NCBI GenBank assembly: GCA_964236955.1
Contig: CAXSGP010000061.1
Span: 1 to 27,973 of the forward strand
Source: an uncultured Oligoflexus sp.
GTDB lineage: Bacteria > Bdellovibrionota_B > Oligoflexia > Oligoflexales > Oligoflexaceae
Length of the DNA: 27,973 bases
Direction: 5' to 3'
Under the pieces are notes generated by a model. That model was not told the DNA's origin. It did not search any database and saw only the letters and a list, made by a program, of their open reading frames with translations. Both the position numbers and the translations under genes were made by a program. Of the stretch, positions 11,035 through 20,051 are shown in pieces (positions within the stretch are counted from its first letter, which is position 1; each line of letters starts with the position of its first letter).

Positions 11035-13014
11035 ATGATACAAGCGCATGGTTTTGGACTTCAGGCCCTAGCCCTTGTTAAAAAAAGGTGCCGCAGTCTC
11101 GCATTCGTCTTCATCTTTCTTATGAGCTTTCTGCTTCCGGGTAGATTGTGCGCGGGACTGTCGCTGGGACCGGAACACGATTTCCTTGATGTCGCAAATG
11201 AATACGAATATTACTGTGAGCCATTTGTCGATCTTCCCATCGATCCCTGGAGGGTTGTTCCGGAAAATCTTAGGACGGAACATCAGCCTTTAAATCTTGG
11301 CTTTCTATCGAACGAGGTCTGCTGGACCCAAATTAAAATTGAATATCGGGGCAATACTTCGCGGCTTGTGTATTTGGAAAAGGGATCGACGCGCGATGAC
11401 CTTCTGCATGTCTTTCACCAGTCGAATTCCGATCGATGGTCGGATCTTGGGAGTGCGGGTCGAAGCGTGGCAACTGAATTCTGGCCTGTCTTCTACCGTT
11501 TGCCGACGTTTGAGCTTAGCTTGCAACCGGGCATCAATATCATTCGCATTTATCAATCGACAAGCGATCGCACCATCATCGATTGGAAACTTTGGGATCC
11601 AAAATTCTTTCGCGTATCTGCGGATTGGGAAATCATGCTGCTAGGCGGATTTTTTGCGATCTGCATCGTGTTGTCGCTTTATAATCTGGTTATTTTCGCG
11701 GTGGATCCGGATCTCTCGCACCTCTACTATTTTTTCTATCTAAGCTCCTACGCCTGCGTGCAAATGTATGCGACGGGATTTGGCAAATTATATATCTTTC
11801 CTGATATCGGCGCTCTGCTTGGAAATTTAGGGGCGGTCAGCATCTCCCTTTCCTTATTTTCTGTTTATCTCTTTGTTTATAAACTCCTCGAGGTCGAAAA
11901 ATTTCCCACGTTAATGCGGCGTTTTTTTTGGTCATGCGCCTGGCTCTCATTGAGCAATATCCTGCTGGTCTTTCTAGGTTATTACTCGATGGCTTCCCGA
12001 ATCAGCCTGATACTGGCAGGAGCAAGTTGCGTCGTTATTTTGGGTTTTGGTGCTTACGGTCTGAAGAAGAAAATGCCGATGGCCGCTTTCTTCATGGTAG
12101 CCTGGTCAATGCTCGCCCTTGGCACTATGGTTCAGGTGCTCGCTCTATCAGGCTATATCCCCAGCAGTGGCTTTACAAAATCCGCCAACTTCATGGGAGC
12201 GACCCTGGAGTCGATTTTACTGTCGTATGCTCTCGCAGTCAAAATGAAGTTAAAGCAGAGCAAAGAGGTCAAGATGAGAAAACATGCCTTCTCACAATTG
12301 GAAAAGATGGTGTATCCACACCAGTTGACTTTAATGAAAGAGGGCAAACAACTGGAGGAAACGATGCCTCTCGCCAACAGTTGGGGTTGCGTGATTTGCG
12401 TGGATATGGTCGACAGCTCGAAACAGAACATCAGTGAGTTAAAGGATTTCCTACGTTTGTTCTTTGACGAGTGTGAAGAGGTTATGAACCAGGGATACCG
12501 AGAGACGGGGATGGAAGCCTTTGGCTTTCGGCTGAAAGAAATGGGGGATGGATTTCTCTGTTCGATAGGTTTTCCATTCGCGCCTCCCGCTGATCTCTGT
12601 ATCCGGAAATTAGCGTTGGATCTGGCCTATTCGTTTGTCCAAAAGTTCGAGGAAACCTCGCGTAAGATGCCTATAAAAGGTTCGTCTGAGCCTTTCCTAT
12701 CCATCGGGATTGCCGAAGGCCCCATCGAAGGCTTTTTCACCCTTTCCGGAATTAGAAGCTATGATCTTTTTGGCAAAGGCATCGTCCTTGCCACTCGCTA
12801 CGAAGGCCTGCGGAAGATCTATCAAATGCCGGGAGAAGGCCATTTGATTTGCTTGAGAAGCTCGATCTATAAAGTCTTGCCTGCCCATTATCAAAGCACT
12901 TTTAATTGCTATAGCCTGGAGAACGCAAAGCGTCTAATCCGCGATGATGACGCGGCGCAGGAATTCTACTATCAGCGCATCCCGAGCGTCTCGAAACATT
13001 TGCGTGTGGCCTAA
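11035..13014 (+). CDS. 7TM-DISM receptor fused to class III adenylate/guanylate cyclase-like domain
   Basis: Signal peptide; extracellular DISM-like domain (LNLGF..CW..I..RLPTFEL); about 7 TM helices (SLYNL..YLSSY..FMVAW..ESILLSYALA); cyclase motifs CVDMVDSS, KEMGDGF, YDLFG, LATRYE. Confidence 0.88.
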   Translation: MIQAHGFGLQALALVKKRCRSLAFVFIFLMSFLLPGRLCAGLSLGPEHDFLDVANEYEYYCEPFVDLPIDPWRVVPENLRTEHQPLNLGFLSNEVCWTQIKIEYRGNTSRLVYLEKGSTRDDLLHVFHQSNSDRWSDLGSAGRSVATEFWPVFYRLPTFELSLQPGINIIRIYQSTSDRTIIDWKLWDPKFFRVSADWEIMLLGGFFAICIVLSLYNLVIFAVDPDLSHLYYFFYLSSYACVQMYATGFGKLYIFPDIGALLGNLGAVSISLSLFSVYLFVYKLLEVEKFPTLMRRFFWSCAWLSLSNILLVFLGYYSMASRISLILAGASCVVILGFGAYGLKKKMPMAAFFMVAWSMLALGTMVQVLALSGYIPSSGFTKSANFMGATLESILLSYALAVKMKLKQSKEVKMRKHAFSQLEKMVYPHQLTLMKEGKQLEETMPLANSWGCVICVDMVDSSKQNISELKDFLRLFFDECEEVMNQGYRETGMEAFGFRLKEMGDGFLCSIGFPFAPPADLCIRKLALDLAYSFVQKFEETSRKMPIKGSSEPFLSIGIAEGPIEGFFTLSGIRSYDLFGKGIVLATRYEGLRKIYQMPGEGHLICLRSSIYKVLPAHYQSTFNCYSLENAKRLIRDDDAAQEFYYQRIPSVSKHLRVA

Positions 13015-13589
13015 ACCTATCCTAGCGAGGGCTCAATGCCCCGTCTTCAGGGTTTGAGTGCGGCAAACTAACGTCGATTACTCCCCGGGTTGCAAGGCCA
13101 GGCTGCCTCGAAAGCCGGTAAATTAAGCCACAGTATGGTACGATGGCCTATCGTTTGCTTTCTGAAGCTTAAGTGCTGATGGCCAGTTCTTTCATTTTCA
13201 AAGCTTAAGGACAGTTAAGCTCAACCGTCGCCTGGCAAGTGAGCAGCATTCGTTTTATAAAAATATCGTGAAATGCGATAAAAATGCATAGTGACCTAAA
13301 AGATGTCTATACATTTTTTAAATAAATCATTTATAGAGTGCAGACTTCGGTGTACTGATAAAGACTTCCCCTCCTAGAACTTTAACTTCGGCAGGTCCCA
13401 CCTGAGGTTTCTAGGAACTCTTTATCTAAGGGCAACCCTTCAAGCTGGCTTAGCAGCTATGTTCTGGCAAGTCTCTGAAATTACAGCGTAGATAAGCGTT
13501 TTTTTGACCTTTAGCTGAAAAACAGGTTATATCACCGAACCATCGCCTGAAACTTTGAAAAACTTCTCACTGTTTGGCACCATTGAATC

Positions 13590-14204
13590 ATGAAAGGAGC
13601 TGTGATGAAACGCGGGGCAACTGAGCAGGCAAAGCACCTCATAGACAAGGCGCCTCAATCCGTCGTCGAAAAATTTGAGAAGCAATATGAGCATTCGATG
13701 GCAGCGTTTGCAACCGTCGATCACTCGATGGGGTATCAGACCGCCCTTCTGTTTATAAAAGAAGTTGAGACTAACAGCTCCGAACCGATAAGCTGCAGGG
13801 CCGGTTGCGGCTTCTGTTGCCACCAGCCGGTCTTCGTTAGTTTTACCGAATTTGAAGCCATTAAAGACCACCTGCTGGCAACGAACCTTAAGATTGACCA
13901 ATCCAAGCTTCAAACGCAGCACGACGATATCTCCGGCGGCGTCTTTCACAAACTTACCGTGCCAGAGCGAAAATGTGTTTTCCTGGGCGATAATAATTGC
14001 TGCACAATTTACGATGTTAGACCCTTGATGTGTCGTAGGCATAACGTTTATAGCGACCCGCAACATTGCGCATCGGGCAGCACGAACGAGATGAGATTCG
14101 ACGTTAACCCCCGTACCGAAGGCCATCTAAGCGCCTATTTCGCTTTTTATAAGGGGGACATTTTTCAGACCCAACTCTTAGCGACGCCGGAAATCTTAAA
14201 ATAA
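13590..14204 (+). CDS. YkgJ family cysteine-cluster (CxxCxxCC) protein
   Basis: CRAGCGFCC, CVFL....CTIYDVRPLMCR. Start could be ATG 13605 (AAGGAG upstream). Confidence 0.9.
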   Translation: MKGAVMKRGATEQAKHLIDKAPQSVVEKFEKQYEHSMAAFATVDHSMGYQTALLFIKEVETNSSEPISCRAGCGFCCHQPVFVSFTEFEAIKDHLLATNLKIDQSKLQTQHDDISGGVFHKLTVPERKCVFLGDNNCCTIYDVRPLMCRRHNVYSDPQHCASGSTNEMRFDVNPRTEGHLSAYFAFYKGDIFQTQLLATPEILK

Positions 14205-14347
14205 TTTGTCTAAGGGCTTAGCTTCTTTTGCGATTCCTGCCTAAACCTTTTGGTCTCCAGCCATTCTTTCCGACAGGCTTGCTAAGGATGGGCGGGCCAG
14301 GAGCAGGCTTGATTCCCAAAACTTTCGCCAATTGCCATCAACTCTGA

Positions 14348-15694
14348 TCATTTGATCGCATCGATTGCAGCTATAAATTTCTGTTTCTCTTCAGGCGTGA
14401 TCGCAAGGCCTTTGGGCATATTTCCTGAGTTTATCCGATTTTTTGAGTCCGCTTTTTTAGACTTCCAGAACAAATTCTTTTTGGCATCCGAGTGGCATGA
14501 CAGGCAGTATTGGTCGGAAAGATTCTTGAGCTCACCTGTCACATCAGAGGTATCAACGACAGGATCTTTGGTCGACCCGATCTCGCCCTGCTGGGTTTGA
14601 TCCTGTTTCGCGATCCAGCTGAGAATGATGTCTCGCTCTCCCTGGGACATCTCTTTGCCGACCGCAGTTTCTATGGGTGGCATGGATCCTTTAGCGCCGG
14701 GCATAAGCTTTAATCGGGTAACGATGGATGATTTGAGACTTTTCCAGGTCGATTCCTTGCCGAATCCATCATCGAGGTGACACTGTTCGCAGAAGCGATC
14801 GGATATCGCCTTGATCTCCACCCAGCTTGGATCAGCCTTCATTACCGAATTTCCCACCTGGGCAAACAAGGCGCCGGTATCGGAAAGTACGAGGATGCTT
14901 TCTGCCGCTATGGGATTGTTGGTATCACGGAACCGTATGGCCATCCGGGCTATGGTTTGACCGGCCGGCAGTTCAATGGTCTGATTCATCACGCTCCAGC
15001 TGCCCTGCTCGTCGTAGGTATAGATCTTGGTCCCATCGAAACCCCAAAAGACACAATTTTGGTTGCAAGGAGAGATGAGTTTAATTGGAGCGGGACCGGC
15101 AGGCAGAGAAAAGAGCCGAGCCTTGCCTTTTGTGGCCAGAATCGCACTCAACTTGGCTTGGTCGCGAAAGGCGACGAATCCCGGACTGGCTGCGACTAAA
15201 GTTGACGCCTTGTAAGCGTCGGGCAGATCCATGGACATAATCTTTCCATCAGTGGATTGAAAGCTCAGGGTCTCAGCATTGGCACCGAAAAAACCCGCTT
15301 CACGAAAATCATAGAGCGTAAGGAATTCCGGTTCGGCCGCTCGAGCATGAACGGAAGACCACGCCGTGTTTCTGAAATTAAACGAGATGCTTCTTCCGTC
15401 AGGAAGAGCCATGGTAAATTCAGAAGAATTAATCCAGAAAATCTCGCTTAACTTAGCAAAGTCGAAATTCTTCCGGCTCGGTTCATCGGTTGTTATGGGC
15501 GCGAGGCTGAGTTTTTCAACCTCTTGAAAGGGATCTATCTTGGTTGGAGGAGTTTTAAGATCTCCCTCCTTCTCCTGCGACCCGCCGTTGGCAGTTCGCC
15601 CCAACAGGATGGGTTTGCCTGGCGCCTTCTGGCAGCCGAGCAGAAGTCCTATTACGGCCCAGACGGCGACGCCTTTGAAATTATGAGAAGTCAT
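14348..15694 (-). CDS. di-heme c-type cytochrome lipoprotein
   Basis: Lipobox LLLG-C, beta-rich central region, two C-terminal cytochrome c modules CEQCH...MPP and CLSCH...MPK. Confidence 0.85.
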   Translation of the reverse strand: MTSHNFKGVAVWAVIGLLLGCQKAPGKPILLGRTANGGSQEKEGDLKTPPTKIDPFQEVEKLSLAPITTDEPSRKNFDFAKLSEIFWINSSEFTMALPDGRSISFNFRNTAWSSVHARAAEPEFLTLYDFREAGFFGANAETLSFQSTDGKIMSMDLPDAYKASTLVAASPGFVAFRDQAKLSAILATKGKARLFSLPAGPAPIKLISPCNQNCVFWGFDGTKIYTYDEQGSWSVMNQTIELPAGQTIARMAIRFRDTNNPIAAESILVLSDTGALFAQVGNSVMKADPSWVEIKAISDRFCEQCHLDDGFGKESTWKSLKSSIVTRLKLMPGAKGSMPPIETAVGKEMSQGERDIILSWIAKQDQTQQGEIGSTKDPVVDTSDVTGELKNLSDQYCLSCHSDAKKNLFWKSKKADSKNRINSGNMPKGLAITPEEKQKFIAAIDAIK

Positions 15695-15721
15695 TCATTT
15701 TCCACATGAAATTACATCGCT

Positions 15722-15749
15722 TTGTCGGAAATATTGGCTGGAAACTTAA
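15722..15749 (-). promoter_or_regulatory. sigma28-type promoter
   Basis: Minus strand TTAAG-N15-TCCGACAA, 27 nt upstream of the ATG at 15694. Confidence 0.6.
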
Positions 15750-15984
15750 GTGGATTTTTGCGGCAGATGAATTTTTGTCTGCGGTTTGACTGGAAAATGA
15801 GTACCTTTAGAAACTTGAAAAGACATTTCAAGCACTTGGTACCGGAGAATAAAATTGGCGACCGGAAGGCCGCCAAAGTAAGTTTTAAGTTATATGAAAG
15901 GCGTGAACTTAACCAGAAGCCTCTTGCATTGGAATTCCTCAGACTGAACTTGATCCAATGCATGAGTATCGAGGCTAAACTTTA

Positions 15985-17637
15985 TTATTGAATGATGCAT
16001 GTGTCCATACTAGTTGCGCTATTCGCCATACAATCCGCCGTGACCACGAAATCTGCTTGGTCGGGCGCATCGCGCTGAAACTGCGTTCTGAACTTAGCGA
16101 TCAAACTTGGATAGACAGACTGGAAAACCGCCCGTGAAATCGTTCCGCCTAGGTTATTCAAGGAGTTGAGAGTTCCCGAGAATTCCGGATCTAACAAAGC
16201 GATCCTTAAATCCCGCTCAGCCAACCCCGATTCTGTTGCCACGTCCGTGAGATCCAGGGGACGGGTGTAAAAGCGATAGGAAGCGTCCACTGGATCCGGA
16301 CCGGTTGTGCTGATGCCCATCCTGCTCATTGCCGCGGTATAGTTCGCATTATCTCTCGAAACTTCCTCGGCAAAAGCCTGAGGTTGATAGATCGTGTTGA
16401 TCCGCGCCAAGTCCGTGTTGTTGAAAAGCTGTCTGTTCGTGCTTATCGCACTTAGCATGATATCCGTATGGTCCGCAATACCCGCTTGGTTGAGGGTTAT
16501 TGATGACTGTCCATTGACCAGCGCCAGTGAGAAATCTGGTGGTCCATTCAATTGCCGCAAGATATTAAGTGGTGCCTTATCCAATGCCTGCCCTCTGATA
16601 TCCGCAATGAAAGATCCGTAGAGGCCGTTCCGCAAGGAGAAGAGTACCGATCTCAGGTCCTCCTGAAATTCCAGTGCCGCAATTCGTGCATTCGCTCCGC
16701 GCGGTCCCAGGGGAGCCGTAAAAATCTGCCCCTGTTTTGCCTGAAGGAAATCGTAGGTAACGTAAAAGCCCCCGTTATTGCCGTCATGATGTTCGAGGAT
16801 GCGGCTGCTCTGTGCTACTTGAGGATCATCGAAGCCAATGCGGATCACATCATCCGCCTGGATATTGGCCAGGCGGCTGCCACCGAGAAATTGCTGTTCA
16901 AAAGCGGCAAGAGAGTTAGGGTAGCGCATGAATTTTTTATAAAGAATGGGCAAGGTGGCCGTCGCATTGAACCAATCCATACGGATTATTGCAGCACTTG
17001 TCAGTAAGCGGCGGCGTATCGAGTCGTCGTTTATTTGATTGCCGATGCCGTCCGAAGTGCCGTCATCGATGAAAATACCATTAAATGGATAGTGATCAGC
17101 GATAACCTTATCGAATTCGGCAGGCGACATACCGATATCATCCAGATTCAAACGGTAAATCAGCTTGCTGCTGTCGATCGCTTCCGGGATGACAATCGCG
17201 CCCTGGGTTGACAGGCTGTTGATGACCTTTTTGAAGGCCTGACGCTGCGTTTCCAGGTCGGTCGACGAAGCGCCTACATTGTTCACTACCTGCAAAGAGA
17301 AATAACGTGTTTTCGAAGCGTTCGCCGAAAGGAGTTTGTTGGTATCTGCCAGGACCTGCGACAGTACGCTTGCATCGGACAATGGCAATCCCACTGACTC
17401 GAAGGGTGGTAAAATAGGTCCGTTACCGGTTCCCACTACCGGTTTGGCCACGGGTGGCACCGATGGGCTGACGGAGGGAATAGGTTTGACGTTGGGCGCG
17501 GGAGTTTGTGTGACATCTCCACTGTAGGGCACTGGGGCGACCGCCGCCTTCCCATTAAATCCGGGATCAGTTTCCAGCGTGCACCCCAATTGAACTGCGA
17601 TAACGAGAAATGCAAGAACCTGTATATACGCCTTCAT
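15985..17637 (-). CDS. lipoprotein resembling an uncharacterised cytochrome-c-associated family, but lacking CxxCH
   Basis: Lipobox VQLG-C, Pro-rich linker, motifs TRYFSL, INSLS, RLNLDDIG, RMDWF..ATLP.LY, RILEHH..G..YDF, FSLRNGL, DKAP..I. Family recalled from memory only. Confidence 0.75.
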   Translation of the reverse strand: MKAYIQVLAFLVIAVQLGCTLETDPGFNGKAAVAPVPYSGDVTQTPAPNVKPIPSVSPSVPPVAKPVVGTGNGPILPPFESVGLPLSDASVLSQVLADTNKLLSANASKTRYFSLQVVNNVGASSTDLETQRQAFKKVINSLSTQGAIVIPEAIDSSKLIYRLNLDDIGMSPAEFDKVIADHYPFNGIFIDDGTSDGIGNQINDDSIRRRLLTSAAIIRMDWFNATATLPILYKKFMRYPNSLAAFEQQFLGGSRLANIQADDVIRIGFDDPQVAQSSRILEHHDGNNGGFYVTYDFLQAKQGQIFTAPLGPRGANARIAALEFQEDLRSVLFSLRNGLYGSFIADIRGQALDKAPLNILRQLNGPPDFSLALVNGQSSITLNQAGIADHTDIMLSAISTNRQLFNNTDLARINTIYQPQAFAEEVSRDNANYTAAMSRMGISTTGPDPVDASYRFYTRPLDLTDVATESGLAERDLRIALLDPEFSGTLNSLNNLGGTISRAVFQSVYPSLIAKFRTQFQRDAPDQADFVVTADCMANSATSMDTCIIQ

Positions 17638-17679
17638 AAAACTCCAATCTTTGCTGAATGTTCAGCCTGCTACCAAATA

Positions 17680-17707
17680 ATATCGGCGCAATTTCCAACT
17701 TTCATGA
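17680..17707 (-). promoter_or_regulatory. sigma28-type promoter
   Basis: Minus strand TCATG-N15-GCCGATAT, 42 nt upstream of the ATG at 17637; -35 element weaker. Confidence 0.5.
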
Positions 17708-18039
17708 AGCTTGGATTATTACCCAGTTTTTCCTTTCTATTTTCAAAGCCTTAGCGAGGGGCACGGTCGCGGATTTGCGAGCCATATGCAAGTTTACTCA
17801 TCTGATTAGCGACTCGGCCCCTGGCAATTGGCTCCCCATTATCATATCCGTCCCGTGCCCTACTCTTTATGTTAACGATGTATTTATGAGACTATAGTCG
17901 GAATCCACAGGGGGCCCCGGCGCTATCTTTCTAGTTAGCTCATATAAGTATTAAGATCATTACTTCCGGGATTAATCTCTGAGTCACTAACGATCTCAAT
18001 GATCTGTTAGGGTCCTTTATTCCCGCGTGATGTCAAGCA

Positions 18040-18423
18040 ACCGCTGACTGTGTGGGGCTTGGTACTGGGGATGTCAGCGCTAAGACTCTGGTCCCCGGCC
18101 TTTACAGATGGGAAACCGCATTGACGATATCTTCGAATATTACCATTGAAGGCGGAGCAAACGATGTTTGGATTTTCCAAATCGCTCAAGATCCTATCGT
18201 AGCAGGTGGGGTTCACATGACGCCAAGTGGAGGAGCCCTTCCCAAGAATATCTTTTGACAGATTGCCGGTAAGATCACCATTGGTTCGACAGCGGACTTC
18301 AACGGCATCATTTTAAGCAAAACTCAAATTATATTGCAGACGGGGGCGGTATTGAATGGTCGGGCGTTAGCCCAAACGCCAGTAATTTTGGATCCCAACG
18401 CCCTTACCAAAGCAGCCGCCTGA
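18040..18423 (+). pseudogene. ice-binding protein (DUF3494-like) C-terminal fragment with internal stop
   Basis: One frame reads LGTGDVSAKTLVPGLYRW..GGANDVWIFQIAQD..GGALPKNIF*QIAG.ITIGSTADFNGIILSKTQI.LQTGAVLNGRALAQT.V.LD.N. TGA at 18256-58 replaces the Trp of the conserved NIFWQ; the N-terminal half is absent. Confidence 0.88.
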
Positions 18424-18659
18424 TATTGGGGTCAAAACCATTGAGCCGAATTGAGAAGACCCGCACCAGCAAGCCGCTGGCAACTGGGTGTTTTCTTTTT
18501 CTTAGCTGTGAGAACACTTTTTCAAATTCTGGCAAATTTCCAAACTACTGAATAAGCTCAACTAAATCCTAGCGTGTCGCAATAACCTTTTGCCATTTAA
18601 TGGGAGTGCGTCTAGAACCGAGGGGATTTGGCCAAACCTTCTGTTAACGAGTATGCGTT

Positions 18660-19304
18660 ATGATAAAATTTTCTCTTTTCTTTTTTGCCAGCATTTCATT
18701 GTTCAGTCTCTATTCATCTGCGATGGCTGGCGTGTCTGAGTCAAAAGCTACAGACGCGATTCGATTGCTTTCTGTCTACCACGAAGCGACTGCAACCACT
18801 CTCGGCTCGACCTTAGTCGATGAACATAGTGACTGCAACACAAGCGAATGTGCTTTTAATTTTAAAACGGATGATCAAGATTTTGGCTTCAATGTTCAAT
18901 ACCTGGAGGGCGTTGATTCAGCAATACTAGGCTTTCAAACTCAAGCGCTGGGAGCAAAAATCGGGGCCGTCGATTGGGCGAGTAGCCTCGAAGTGCCTCG
19001 GTACACGCGGGTTCTTGGTGCATCATCGCAAGCTGCGATCGCGACCGTGGTGAAAGACAATTTCTTTGATGCTTTGCAAATCGTAGGCGTCAGCAAGTTT
19101 TTGTCAAATCAAAGTGAATGCCGCTATTTCAACGACATTTTCTGGTGTGCTTTGAATTATGGTACTGATCATGAAAACTTTGGCATTGCGCTTGCTGGCC
19201 TGTTAAATTCTGATCACAAATCGATCCATCTTATTCAGAGTTTACACACCGATCCAAACGGAACACAGCTTACGCTAACGGACGTCAAGCCTGCGAATGA
19301 TTGA
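18660..19304 (+). CDS. hypothetical exported protein with two-fold internal repeat
   Basis: Signal peptide ending AMA-G; repeat CAFNFKTDDQDFG / CALNYGTDHENFG. Confidence 0.75.
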   Translation: MIKFSLFFFASISLFSLYSSAMAGVSESKATDAIRLLSVYHEATATTLGSTLVDEHSDCNTSECAFNFKTDDQDFGFNVQYLEGVDSAILGFQTQALGAKIGAVDWASSLEVPRYTRVLGASSQAAIATVVKDNFFDALQIVGVSKFLSNQSECRYFNDIFWCALNYGTDHENFGIALAGLLNSDHKSIHLIQSLHTDPNGTQLTLTDVKPAND

Positions 19305-19601
19305 TTTTATTCCGAAGATATAAGCCAGCAAGAGCAAGACTCGGACCAAATCGGTGCGGTCAAATCTTCATTTGTTTTAAGACATTGAACTTATGGAAAG
19401 AGTGAGTTTAAAGCTTGATCGCCATTTGCCTTTCGGGCTCGCGTTAATTCAGTCGTCGCTTCATCAACAGTCCTTCTGTTGGCGGCAAGAGCCTGCTTAC
19501 GTATTTTCGCCGCATTTTAGAATGCCTCATTGCCCGGACTGTGATTTTAGGACGATCAATAGTTAATGGGTTTCAATGGTGGCTGGCCGGGTCTTAAACA
19601 C

Positions 19602-19631
19602 AAAAAAACCTCCGGACCAAAAGATCGAAGG
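19602..19631 (-). terminator. intrinsic terminator downstream of the tRNA fragment
   Basis: Minus strand CCTTCGATC-TTTT-GGTCCGGAGG followed by T7. Confidence 0.65.
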
Positions 19632-19643
19632 GCCATTTTGAAG

Positions 19644-19716
19644 TGGTGCTCCCAGCCAGACTTGAACTGGCACGATTTTACGGTCGCAAGATTTTAAGTC
19701 TTGTGTGTCTACCGAT
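19644..19716 (-). pseudogene. tRNA-Leu(TAA) 3' fragment, probable att site
   Basis: Minus strand ATCGGTAGACAC-A-CAAGA-CTTAAAA-TCTTG, long variable arm, GCCAG-TTCAAGT-CTGGC, TGGGAGC-A-CCA. The ~14-nt 5' end (acceptor strand GCTCCCA and D-stem GTG) is missing. Confidence 0.85.
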
Positions 19717-19883
19717 AGCTCTTCGATGGAACGTGATTAAATCATTCGTGGTCAGCGAGGGCTACATCCGAGTGATCTTCATCAGTAAGCTATGCAGAAA
19801 ATTAATATCTCATTTGTCCTAGAGTATGGGTAACAGGGCTCAGTTAAGCAGGCGACCAACGGGCAATGTCTTTACTGGAAATT

Positions 19884-20048
19884 ATCCCTCTTTAGAGGGA
19901 TTAATTGCTTTTGTTTTTAACTTTAGCGTATAATCCCTTTATGAAGGGATTTTTTAGAGTCTTCGGCTGTTTTTCGAAATTGTCCCTTTGTACAGGGATA
20001 TTTAGCAACAGCAGCCTCCTTATCTAAGAAATCACCTTAAAAGGAGAT
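19884..20048 (+). promoter_or_regulatory. hipBA promoter with four palindromic operators
   Basis: ATCCC-N8-GGGAT-type sites at 19884, 19933, 19982 and a degenerate one at 20031; -35 TTGCTT (19905-10) and -10 TATAAT (19929-34); RBS AAGGAG at 20041. Confidence 0.85.
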
Positions 20049-20051
20049 TAT

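Noticed and set aside
15712..15991. Short ORFs on both strands between the two lipoprotein genes
   Set aside because: No recognisable motifs or RBS, and they overlap the promoter of the cytochrome gene.
18256..18258. TGA read as Trp (alternative genetic code)
   Set aside because: TGA terminates intact genes here (e.g. 2108, 3453, 21544), TGG is used for Trp, and the gene is also 5'-truncated, so a nonsense mutation is simpler.
19644..19732. Complete functional tRNA-Leu using upstream GTTCCAT as the acceptor 5' strand
   Set aside because: It pairs only partly, is at the wrong distance, and no D-stem can form.
19884..20048. Regularly spaced palindromes as a mini-CRISPR array
   Set aside because: Units are only 18 bp with variable centres, overlap the hipB promoter and RBS, and there are no cas genes; they fit operators.
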